Assembly: GCA_013239625.1 (NCBI GenBank)
Contig: MU053376.1
Span: 706,833 to 770,832, forward strand
From: Lama guanicoe
Lineage: Eukaryota
DNA length: 64,000 nucleotides
Reading direction: 5' to 3'
Part shown: one piece after another, positions 12,935-24,425 of the stretch
Position numbering within the stretch: the first letter of the stretch is position 1
Layout of the letters: every line of letters begins with the position of its first letter
Made by a program: the position numbers and the translations under genes
The notes under the pieces: generated by a model
What the model saw: the letters and a program-made list of their open reading frames with translations, nothing else
Databases searched by the model: none
What the model was told of the DNA's origin: nothing

Positions 12935-13975
12935 CTGTATCATATGTCGTAAGGGAAATGCAAATTAAAACAACAATGAAAAAAAAAAACCCAGCAACAA
13001 CAGCGAGGTACCACTACACGCCTAATAGAATGGCCAAAATCTGGAGCATCGGCCCCAAATCAACTGAACACGAAACGCCAGTGAGGATGTGGAGCAACAG
13101 GTCCTCTCATTCATTGCTGGTGGGAATGCAAAATGGTAGAGCCACTTTGGAAAACAGTTTGGTGGTTTCATACAAGATTAAACACACTCTTACCGTGTGA
13201 TCCAGTAATTGGCTTTTACCCAAAGAAGCTGAAAACTTTTTCCCATATGAAAACTTGCACACAGATGTTCACAACAGCCTTACCCATAATTGCCAAACTG
13301 GGAAGCAACCAAGATGTCCTTCAGTAGGTGAATGGATAAACACACTGTGGTCCATCCAGACGATGCTATGTTGTCCTGCACTGAAAAGAAATGAGCTATC
13401 AAGCCATGAAGAGACATGAAGGAACCTTAAATGTATATCACTCTGTGAAAGAAGCTGGAAAAGCTACATACTGTGTGATTCTGACTGTATGACACTCTAG
13501 AAACGACAGAACTATGGAGACAGTAAATGCATTCATGGTTGCCAGGAGCTGGGTGAGGAATGGGTGAATTGTCAGAGCACAGAGGAATTTTGGGGGCAGT
13601 GCAAACACTCTGTATGATACTATAATGATGAATACATGTCATTAATACATTTGTTCAAACCCATAGAATGTACAAAGCCAAGAGTGAACCCTAAGGTAAA
13701 CTGTGGGAGACAATGATGTACATCGTAAGTTAATCAATTGTAACAAATGTACTGTTCCGGTGAGTGACAGGATATGAGGGATCTCTGTACCTTCCACTCA
13801 ATTTTGAACCTAGAATGTATATATGTGTGGATATATATATATATAACTGAATCACCATGCTGTACACCAGAAACTAACACAACATTGTAAATCAACTATA
13901 CTTTAATTTAAAAGACTATTTAAAAATCTTGAACCTAAAACCTCTGTTAGAATATAAAATTGTAATTTAAAAATA
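12935..13975 (+). mobile_element. L1MC-like L1 3' end
   Basis: gggaaatgcaaattaaaacaacaatg...gagctatcaagccatgaagagacatgaaggaaccttaaatg...gagtgaaccctaaggtaaactgtgg. Confidence 0.85.
13813..13928 (+). mobile_element. Short young L1 3'-end insertion inside the L1MC
   Basis: ataactgaatcaccatgctgtacaccagaaactaacacaacattgtaaatcaactatac; TSD ttgaaccta at 13804-13812 and 13929-13937. Confidence 0.8.
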
Positions 13976-15943
13976 GATTTGGGCGCAGGGGACACATTGA
14001 CTCGTGTTTTCATGCGTCCTTTGCCCTGTTTCCTTATGGGCGTCTGTTTAATTGGCTGTAACTGTAGGAATGCTCCCTTCCCCTCTCATTTGACGTAATC
14101 CTCCTCCCACCTTTTCACCAAGGCAAGTCAGCCTTGGCCACAGGTTTTACCTTCACTGTGACCCCTGCCCCCATCATTCTAGGGGCTTTCCTGTCTTTTT
14201 GTCCCCTCCTGTGGTTGCCCCAGCAGGTCCCTGCGTGGCAGGGCAACAGCACTCTGGTGAAGAGTTTCTCCAGAACCACCAGAGCCCAGGTGATGAGATG
14301 GGTATCATTGCCCTCCTGACTCCAGCAAGTGTCCCAGCCTCATCCCTCCCAACACGTCTAATGAACCAGAAAACAGAAAATTAACTTCGTGAAGATGCAT
14401 ATGGCGTTCCCCAGGATTAGGGTTCATCCTCATCCCTTCCTCTCAAGACACCCTCATCCCTCCTCCCTCTGCACCCCTTTTTGTTCCCCATCCAGCAGAC
14501 CAAGCAGAGACCAGAAGGATTGGAAAGCCTCTCCACCAACCACCCCAAGGTCATAGCAGAGTGACCGAGTCCCCATTCCCCCTCAAACCACCACTGCACC
14601 CCTAGGAAGAGGAGCAGGTCACAAAAGCTAAAACCTAAAGCTTTAGCTTAAACAGTCATCAAATGTTGCTTTCTGCATTTGCTCGAAGACATTCAGCTTC
14701 TGGAACCACAGCCCATGGGTTTGAATCCGATTCTTCAGTTTGCCAGCTGGGAGGCCTCGGGCAAAGTACTTCACCTCTATTTTCAGCCTTGGTTTCCTCG
14801 TGGAAATCAAATTCACTGGTGTAATGAATCAGTGTGTTTAACAGACATCAGGTGTTTACACGAGGGACAGGCACACAGTAGGCACGCACTGTGTGAGCTA
14901 TTTTTCTTTGATGTAAAAATGTACAAAATTACTTACCAGCGAGATAGCTAAACTTCCACCATCCCATTTCTGTCTCCAGCAAGTCTGAGCAAAACTCCTG
15001 AGCCCTGAGGATATGCCATGTTCTAGAACTTTTGATACAGCACCAATGACCCCGTGCTGTAAAGCAGGGAAGCAGGGAAAAGTGGGCCCCAAACCAACTC
15101 CAGCCAAAAATCCCTGTAGCTAAGGGTTTGGCCCTGCTTCCTCCTGCACTGAGGCTAGAACCCCTTTGCCTGGCATCAAAGCTTAGGCCAACCTCGCTTA
15201 ACTGTGGGTCTCCATCTTGGTCTCTTACTACTGAACACCCTAAGGGCCTTGACTAATTATTAAAGGAGCCTTCCCTGTCCCCTAAACCAGTATTTTGAAA
15301 CATCCATTTTTATACCTTAGGGCAAGGCACCACAGTAAAAACTGAGAGAGTTGAAGGATTTTCCTTTCTTTTGTAAGGTGTGAAAAGGGCTATCTTGAAT
15401 GCAATCCCCTTCTCAGATGATTTGAGAGAAACAGAAATATGAAGGTTGAGGACCTAGAAATCAGTTCCCTCAAAACTGCTCCTGTGCACATACTTGGAAA
15501 GTCTTCTGCTATGTACGAAAATAGATGTAGCCCGTCTTGAAGCCTGCTGTTCTAAGGTGCAATGTCTTAAATGCAGAGGGCACTTACTACATTTAAATGT
15601 GTTTATCTCAAAGAAGAAACAGTAGAATCAAAAGCACGGAGACAGGAAATCCAGAGCAGGTTTGAGGAACAGAGGGCAGTCTGCTCTGGCTGAAGTCGAG
15701 GGTGCAAGCAGAGAGAATTCTAGGAAATGAGGCTGGAAAGGAAGGTTGGATCAAAGCACCGGGGGCTTGAACACCATGTCAAGGTGTTTGGGCTTCAACT
15801 GCATTCCATAGTCACTGAAGAGTCTTGAGTAGAAGCAGTGGCTGTGGGATGATGGCAATAATCCTTTCTTGGGAATCAGAAGAGCTGGGTACAAAGTTTG
15901 CCCTGGTATCTGTGGACTTCAGGGAAGTCCCTCTGAGGCTTTG

Positions 15944-16300
15944 TGTCTTTGGTCAAGTTCCCTAGAAGCAGAGCCTAAGACAGGGATTTGGATGCACAAC
16001 TATTGAAGGTTTACTCTCAGACACAGAGCATGGGAAGCTGGATGAAGAGAAAGCGGCCAAGCCGGTAAAGATCTTGGTCTGATCCACAGGGGCTCTGGGT
16101 GTAACTCACTCCATGGTACAGTCCTCCCTGAGGTAAGGGGCCAGGCTTAGCATCCTGCATGAGTCATCACTGGTCATCATGCCCTGCAGGCATCCCCGGG
16201 AGCAGCTGCTCCTGTCAGCAGAGAAGGACAAGGGGAAGCCATTCAACACCTGGCAGCTGGCGATGGGCGTGCCGGGCTCTAAAGGGGCAACAGAGTCCAC
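15944..16300 (-). mobile_element. MLT1 (I/J-like) ERVL-MaLR LTR remnant
   Basis: Starts tgtctttggtcaagttccctagaagcagagcctaagacagggattt, typical of old MLT1 LTRs in antisense. Confidence 0.6.
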
Positions 16301-16520
16301 TACAGCTGGTTTCCGCTTCTTTAAAAACAGATCTAACACATCAACCTCGCTGAGCTTGTGGTGGGAGCCATGAAATAGAAATTCTAGACTAGGAAGTGGC
16401 AACAACAGGGAACAGAACCGTGTGACTGCGCAGCTTCAGGGCAGTAGTGCCAGAGCCAGCCTGTGTCAGCTCACAAGAGCCCACTGCTAAATTTTCAGGA
16501 ACTTGGCTGTGAAACAGAAT

Positions 16521-17068
16521 TGAGATAGGAGGAGAGAGGGTAGCTATTTCAGGAATGACCTAGCAATTAACACCAAGATGGCGGAGATTCAACTCCCAGG
16601 AGGCCTTGAGGACCAATATGGCGGGAGGTTTGACTCCTAGTAGACCTTGAACTTCATTACACATTCGCTGTAAGACATTAGCATGGGAAATGTCATTCCC
16701 ACAGGTGCCATGACAGTTCCAACTAAACTCAGAATAAAGGTCAAAAAGTGGTGGTGGCCCATTTCCTGGGAATCCCAGCCCTTCCCCAAAATAGTTGGAG
16801 TAATCCTCCCACTTGTTAGCATATAAAGTTACCAAGCCCATAAAAACTGTCGCCCTTCACACACTCTCCTTTCTGAATGAGACGGACCACAATCAGTCTA
16901 CCGGGTGTGGGTCGCTCTAAATAAATCTACCTTTACTTAACTGTGGCTTGCTCTTGAATTCTTTCCTCCATGAAGCCAAGGACTCACACTTGGCTGGGTG
17001 CATCCCAGGAACTCAACCAAGACCTGGGACATGGCCATCCTCTTGCCCCACATTTTTTTCCTGTATCA
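16521..17068 (+). mobile_element. MER41-like ERV1 solo LTR
   Basis: Termini TGAGATAGGA...TCCTGTATCA (8/10 inverted repeat), 4-bp TSD GAAT/GAGT, TATA-like atataaa at 16821, AATAAA at 16920-16925; MER41-like blocks gccatgacagtt, ttgttagcatat, ttgaattctttcct. Confidence 0.75.
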
Positions 17069-17145
17069 GAGTCATTATTTAAAATTAAATTATATAAGCT
17101 TATAATTAAATAATTCTATTAAAAACTAAAGTAAGAAATAATTCA

Positions 17146-17280
17146 GTGGGGAAGATATAGCTCAGTGGTAGAGTGTGTGCTTCGCGTGCACAAGGTCCTG
17201 GGTTCAATCCCCAGTGCCTCCACTAATAAATAAATAAATAAATAAGCCTAATTACCTCCCCCCCTCAAAACAAACTAAAC
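17146..17280 (+). mobile_element. Vic-1-type SINE, long-tail form
   Basis: tRNA-Ala-like head, (taaa)n and cctaattacctcccc tail; TSD agaaataattca (17134-17145) / agaaatagttca (17281-17292). Confidence 0.92.
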
Positions 17281-19440
17281 AGAAATAGTTCAAAATGCAT
17301 CATTCCCTAATTATTCCACTACATTTTTCTGCTGTCTATGATATTGACATTATTCATGTCTGTGGTACTGGTGTGATAGTCAGCTACTGCGTGTCTCTTC
17401 CCACCTCCACATGCTGTGACTTCGTACTGGTACCTTGATATTGACTATGGTAGGAGAATTGACACCATGGAAATCAGAAAATGCTACACATCAGAGCTTC
17501 TCATTTTCCCCCCAGTGAACTTATTGTTAAATATTTACCAGCACATTCCTTGCTTCAGACAGACTCATTCTCCCCTTAACACACAAAAACATGCGCACAA
17601 TAGCCAAATATTTGACTGTCCAAGGAAGATTCTCCCTGGGCAAGGGGAGGGGTAGGTGAGAAGCTTTTGTTTGTTCTTGGAATTTTTACAGCTGGGTGTT
17701 AGTAAGGGAAGAAACAACACCTGGGGGAGTTCGCCTCCCGTCCCCCCACCAACCATTTTTGCAGGTAAGATCCACCTGGTCATGGTACCTGGTCCCTACG
17801 TAGCAGAAGGAGCTCATGGCATATGAAAATTTCTCAGATGCTATGAGTCACCTTAAGTTATGGCTGTTCATCAATTCATTTCAAATGCTCTCTGCATCTG
17901 AGAGATGGGCACCACTCATTCCAGCCCCAGCAGGAGGGAGTGAGTGACAGGGACTCACTATGACCCAGGAGCTCCCCAGCAGGAAGATCGCATTTCCCCA
18001 TCTCCTCACACTTCAGAACTGAAAGATTTAGTCCATTTGCAACCAAGAGAGAGAAAGAGAGAGAGCGAGAGAGAGAGCGCACGCGAGAGCAAGATTTCAT
18101 TATGGAGGCTGTTTTATTTACAAAGTCATTGTTATCTAACAGAAAAATGTTTTGTTGTAAATGAACTCTCAGAGGACCCTTAATGGGAAGCCTGCACACA
18201 TAGTTGTGAAATTGTGACAAATCTTGGGTTTAGGGCTTAGAAACACACATCAGCCAATCTGCCCAGTCAGATCTACTCTCCTGAGTCTGCTCACCCAGAG
18301 GAGGTGGGAGGCAGGAGGGCCACCCATCTTGGGCCTGGCCTCTCCCACTGAGCTTACAGACATGACAATGTATTGATGCGTATTTAAAGCAGAAGTTTCC
18401 TCCTGCTCATTTCCCAGGGGGTCTGTGCTAATAAATTGGCATTCATAAGATAAACTAATTGAGGGTGGCCAGGCCCACAGGCCAGGTTCTCAGCTGCTAC
18501 CTCCTGGCTCCCAGCTGATGCTGACGCTGGAAGCCAGCAGAAATTGTGCTGAGGGGCAGAGGGTGGTAGAGGGCAGAAACAGAGAAGCTTGGGTTCTGGA
18601 GCCTGGGGTCTGGAGTGCAGGGCCCTGGCTTGCTTCAAAATGGAAGTTCAGCCTGCTCTGCTTTGCCCCAGCCTGGAGGGTCTGGTCCAGTGCAGAAGGA
18701 AGCATCCTGTACCATTTGGACCTATGGCTCCTTTAGCAGAATGTGATCATAGCCACATAGAAGGTGGAAAGGACCTGCAAGATAACAACGGCCACATTTT
18801 CCAGATAGAAAACAGAGACACAGTTGGACAAAGAATTTTTGTACATTTGCTATGTGCAAGAGGCAGTGGCAGAAAGACAATTTGGAGGCTGAAATGTTGC
18901 AGTGGGTAGGACATTTCGATGGTTTATGGAAAACAAAGGGAAAGACTGTTGTAAATCTTACCTAGAAAATCAGAGACTACCATCTCCTGTGGTTGCCACA
19001 TAAAAGACAAATATCTGGGGGGCTGTGTTTCAGTAGCCAGATGTTTATTTCTGTCAAGTATAGTTATTTCTCCAAGAAATAATTCTAGCCAAGGAAAGTT
19101 CATTTCAAATATAAGAAAGGAAACAGACATTAGTTTTTAGGCTATGAGGACAGCCAAACCTCTCTATATTTCCTTTCTTTGGTCTGTTCATTCTTTGTAT
19201 ATTTGATGATACCCAATAATAATTTATTTACTTCAGCTAACCTGTGTTTATTCATCAACAGGGCATTCTTTATACTTATAGATGTTCTCGTGACTGCCTT
19301 AGACCATAAATGTCTGTGTGATTCTCTGAGCTAGCACAGCACCACCTACTGGGAGGGACTTGATTCATCAAGGCCCACTCGGAACAGCTGTGCAGGTTGT
19401 GCACTGCGCAACTCCAGGTGGCACCAGTCATGCGGTAGTC

Positions 19441-19592
19441 CAGTGCTGTTCAGCAGAACTTTCTGCAATGATAGAAATGGTCTTCAATCTGTAGCTGAAA
19501 TGTGGCTAATGTGACTGAACTGAATTTGTAAGTTTAGTTTATTTAAATTAAAAACCACCTGTGGCTAGTGGCTACTATCACTGGACAGTGTG
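19441..19592. mobile_element. MER3-like hAT-Charlie MITE
   Basis: cagtgctgttcagcagaactttctgcaatgatagaaatg...gtggctagtggctactatcactggacagtg. Confidence 0.75.
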
Positions 19593-21389
19593 ATCTGTAC
19601 TCACAGCAGCTCTGCTTTTATTCATGCATTCATTCATCTACTGAACAAATATTTATGGAGCTTCAGCTGTGAGCAGCATGCTATGCTAAGCTCTGTGAAT
19701 GCACCGAGAGTAAGACACGGTCCCTGCTCTCAGGAAAATTCCAGTCTAGTTGGGGAGATGTGTTTACAAAGAAACACGCTATGAGGGGCGCTTTACCACA
19801 TGCACTGCTGCCTAGGTGAGAGGCTGGGCCTGGCAAAGGGAGAGATTTTTTTTCCACCGGAGAGATGTGTCAGCTGTGTCTTAAAATAGGAGGACACCAC
19901 AAAGACAGAATGAGCCAGAGGTTTCAGGAAGAGGAATTGTTTAATACGTTTTAACCATTTGGTTGCCATGGCATGGCTACACCTGTGGTTAGCAGCGCAC
20001 AATCCCTCTCAAGACTATTTGCACAAATGCATCTGTAAGATAGCTGCATTGAAAAACAAGGAAAAAGAAAAAAACCTCTGGGTTTTCTAAATGCCAGGAT
20101 TCCCAGCTGGGAAGGGATCTTGTTCATTCCCGCTTGGGGACAGGATTATGAAGCAACCTGCTTAGAAATCAGTCTTTAAAGGCTGCTGGAAAGGCCAGGT
20201 TTCCTATATTTAGAGAGAGAAAGAGTCTGTAGCTGGGCTGTCTTCTTGCTGGCTGGCTGGTTGGAGGCAGCAGCAAGAGAAATGTCTGCAATCGTTACTC
20301 TTGTCAATAAACAGGTGTGGTCATTCATTGCAGTAGAGAAGGGCTCCAAATATTCTACTTTCTCTAATATATTTGTGTAGCTGAAGTTTGCCCCAAATGA
20401 TCATGGCGGGTAGCCTTTAGATGGGGTCACATGCCCTATACAAGAGTAGGCATTGGGGCAGCTGCAACCTTTGCCTAATTCACAGATCACGGAGCAGGGA
20501 TGGGGCCACAAGGCAGGCTTATACTTGGGGCTGGTTACCCTCTCTTTGCGGGCCTCACTTCCCCTCTGCCTGCCTCCCTGTTCACTGCCCAGTCTACCAG
20601 CAAAGGGACTTCACTTGCCTAGGGTGGAAAACTGATTTCATATCTTGGGGAGGGCTCCAGATCTGGGAGCTAACAGTGTGAACACTGTGTGTGTTTTTCA
20701 AGTGATCTTAGGGGCTCAGTTCTCCTGCTCTCAGCAGTAGATTTTTTTTTCCAAAGCAGAAAGTGAGCAAGCAGGGAGAAAGATGCTCTCCAGCCTGGAA
20801 CGAGACTACACCTTTCCATTCCTTTGCCTAGTCTTCAAGGTGGGGGGCTGAAAAGAATAGATACTGAAGAAGGTGCCAGATGTGGGGACGATTAGGGGCT
20901 TGTGGAAAAGACCACCAGCACTGTGGTTTGGCCAAATGGGAGAAGGATCAGTGCCCATTTGGTTCCCTCTTTCCTTCCCTTAAATCTAGGTACACATTGA
21001 GATTTGAACTTTCCTCCTGACCTAGGGAGAAGGGAGGAGATGTTCAGGGAGAGGCAAGAGAGATGAAGGCTTCCAGCTTCTTGGAGAACCTATGGAAAAT
21101 CAGAGCCCCCCAGTGGCTCCTCCCGTTGTTTTTTCTGCACCTGCCTCCCTGCCCCTCTGCACTGCCTGGGACACAGATTTCCGGAACGTTCTAAAATTTG
21201 CTCCTTCTTTACTCCCTATGAGCATGCCACTCAGCTTGCTTTTCCACATCCTCGCCCATCCACCTTGCTCTACCTTAGTGTGGCCATCACTCTGTTCTCG
21301 TTCTTCCACAGGATGCCAGAGCCTGTCCCCCAGGGACAGTGTAGGGAGCGTGAGGAAGTGGGGAGGGGGCATACTTGGGAGTCCCGGAG

Positions 21390-22016
21390 ATCTTTGTGTA
21401 ACTCCCAGTTCCACCATCTTCAAAGTTAGGGGGCAGTCCCCAAGACCACCCGCACTTCTGACACCAGCTACAAGCTTGGCCCTTCCCAAGACCACCCCCA
21501 GGTTCAATAATTTGCTGGAAGGACTCACAGACCCCTCTGGACACGAGTACACTCACAGTTACTGTTCATTACAGGAAAAGGACACAGAGTAAAGTCAGCC
21601 CCAGGAAGAGGCGCACAGGGCAGAGCCCAGGAGGGCTCCACACGTGGAACTTCCGGTCGTGGGGACAGTGCTATGTCCCAGCAGTGATGTGTGAGGACAT
21701 GCACAGAGTACTGCCAGCCAGGGAAGCTCACTTGAGCCTTGGTGTGAGCCCGTTCATTGAGGCTCAGTCACAGAGACGTGGCTACCACTCACGTGGTTGA
21801 TCTGAGTCTCCAGCCCCCTGGAGGTGGTGCCCCAAGCCCCCACCATAAACCGCATCATTGACATGACTATCCACTGTGGCTGACCCTCCCTCCCGCCCCC
21901 AAGGTAGACAAAGACGCTCTTGTCACACAGGACATCCCAAGGGTTTAGAGATTACTTCCCAGAAGCCCAGGGCAAAGGCCAGACCTCTCTTTGGACAAGG
22001 TTAATCCTTTACCACA
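21390..22016 (-). mobile_element. MER21C-like LTR
   Basis: Reverse complement begins tgtggtaaaggattaaccttgtccaaagagaggtctggcctttgccctgggcttctggg, a MER21C-type 5' end; left edge approximate. Confidence 0.8.
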
Positions 22017-23819
22017 TCCCATCTGTGTGATGTTACAATTTTACTAACCTCACTGGGCCTCTATTTCCTCATCAGTAAACTGGAGACAATGATGCCCATC
22101 TCACTGGGCTTTTGTGCTGATTCGGTGATCTGACATATGGGAAGGTCCACGTGCATGAAAGGCGTCAACAAAAATCAGGTCCCTCCTGATTTCCTCTAGG
22201 TGCTCTGTCCTCATCTCCTAAACTGGTCCAGAACATCAGTCCCTCTCTATTCTTCCAGCATCTTACACCAACTTGCTTTTATTTTTTTTCCCCAGAAAAA
22301 GATAATATTCTACATGTTATTAAGCTGCCCCTCTTTTTAAAAGATGTTTGTGTGTATTGTTATTTTCTAAAGTGACTTCATATCTCTCCATTGCACAGTT
22401 AATCACAATGTATTTGATCACTGCCCTCTGAATGGGCTACACTGAACATCCTTGTGCATACGTATTTTTGTGATTTGTGGCAGTGGGTCTGCCAATGAGA
22501 TTCCAAGAGGTGGATTTGAGGGGTCAAAGGCTGCATTAAAGTCTTGCTCTGTATCAAGTTAAACCTCCAGCAAAAAATTCACGGAACTGCCCATTTCCCC
22601 ACACCTTCTGAGGACCATGCAGAGAAGGGTGGTTGGAAGGGTATGACACACACTGGTGGGCCCTGTCCCTCAGCATCCCCTATACCTGTAATGCCAGTGC
22701 TGCACTGAGACAGCGTTGGAGGGGTGAGGGCCTTCTCTTGGCCTGAGCCCGGGTTAAGGCCGGGCCTGTGCAGTTTGGTTGGGAGCCACAAGATGTTGCG
22801 GCATGTAAAAGTCACCAGTGACTCACTTCTCACCATGACAGAGGACACAGGGAGGGAAGGTTCAGGCCTGGGGTCAGCAGAGTCCATGCCTCCTGGGGTT
22901 TCAGCTAGAACCAGAGATACAGACTCAGGAGAGAAAAGGAAGCAGGAAGGCCAGATAAATGTCTGGAAAGAAGAAAGCAGCCATGTTCTGCCCTTGGCGT
23001 TGAGTCAGCCTGTTCCTGACACGCTCGGAGACCAGCCTGCACTGGCAGGAGTTGGTCTCTGTCCCGAGTCTATCACCAGTAGGTGGTGCCCCTCCCCTGG
23101 TCAGGACAGCCAGCAGCCTGGGGACATGGCAGCCAAGGAAACATCTGCTTTGCCAGCCACAGGTCCTCTGGTGACTATGCACTCCCCTCAGGCCCAGAAA
23201 TAATTTCTTTATGCTCAGGCCATGAGACGAGTTCTGGTTCAGTTTCAGCTAACAAATCACTGTGTGAGTTTCTGTTTCTCTAGGCCTCAGTTTTTTTTGT
23301 TTGTTTAAAAAAAAAAAAGGCTAAGAAGAGAAGGCTGGTAATAGCTAACATTTGTGCAGACCATTTTGGTTGACAAAGGGCCTTATCTCATTGGTGTTCA
23401 CTTTACCCCCATTTTACAGATGAGAAAAATAAGTCTTAGAGAGTTTACGTGGTCTACCCAAGTTTATCTTGCTGGTCAGCCAGGACTTGCTTGGCAAATC
23501 CTGTGTTCCTTCAACTTGACCATACTGGAAGATTCTAATATTGTAAATATAAGGTTTTTAGTTCCCACCCTGAAATAATTAAGTAGTTTTAATTAGGTGC
23601 TTTGAATTATTCCTTGAGCAGGTTACTTGAGTTTTGGTTTTCTGATCTAGAATAATCATAAGTAATATTTATTGAGTGCTTATTATATGACAAACACTAA
23701 ACTGCATGAGATGTTTCATTTATCCTCACAACTCTCAATGGTACTAAAATTATCCCCATTTTACAGATGGAGAAACTGAGGCTTGGAGAGATCAACAGCA
23801 GTGCACTGGGCATAGAGAA

Positions 23820-24425
23820 ACCAATAGAGACGGGAACACATCAGAAGGCTCTAGGAGAGAGTCTTCAAGAAGATAAAATTGATAGACTACCTGACAGGTC
23901 TGAACAAATGGACATAGACAGTTGACAGAGAATTTAGAGTTGAATTATAAACAATTACTATATATCAAACAAAACAAATAAACAAAAAATGACAATGCTT
24001 AAGTCCAGAAAAAAAACCCAAAAGTTTGGAGGAAATGAAAAAGTCAGTGGTGAATAGGATGTAAGTAGTTATAATAAGTACTAATTCTGATATAACCAAT
24101 GTCAAGATACGACTAAATTGGGAGGCTGGAGAGGAGGACAGGAGGGGTATATGTGAGGTGAAGAGGGTCCTTCATAGGGTAGAATCAAGAGATAATGCCT
24201 AAAACAGAAGCAAGAAGGAGCAATATGGCACGTGATTTAGAGATACGGAGGCAAATAGCCAAAGAAACAGATCAAAAGAGTAAGAGGGATGACTTCCAGA
24301 AAGGGGAACGCATGAGGGAAACATATTTTATAAGAGATCCTATAGAATGATTTGGCTCCAATTCAACTACATGCTTGCATAGCTTTAATACTTTTCAAGA
24401 GAAATAAAAGGAAAAATAAATAAAT
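23820..24425 (+). mobile_element. Old L1 3'-UTR-like fragment
   Basis: A/G-rich degraded L1MC-like text ending in an A-rich tail (gaaataaaaggaaaaataaataaa). Confidence 0.5.

Larger units (their letters stand above)
16442..17550 (+). mobile_element. MER63-like hAT-Blackjack element carrying two nested insertions
   Basis: Left end cagtagtgccagagccagc...ctaaattttcaggaa; resumes at 17073 (cattatttaaaattaaattatataag) and 17293; right end ttgttaaatatttaccagcaca. Confidence 0.8.

Noticed and set aside
19780..20310. Possible ancient LTR remnant
   Set aside because: LTR-like feel, but I could not define termini, a TSD or a family.
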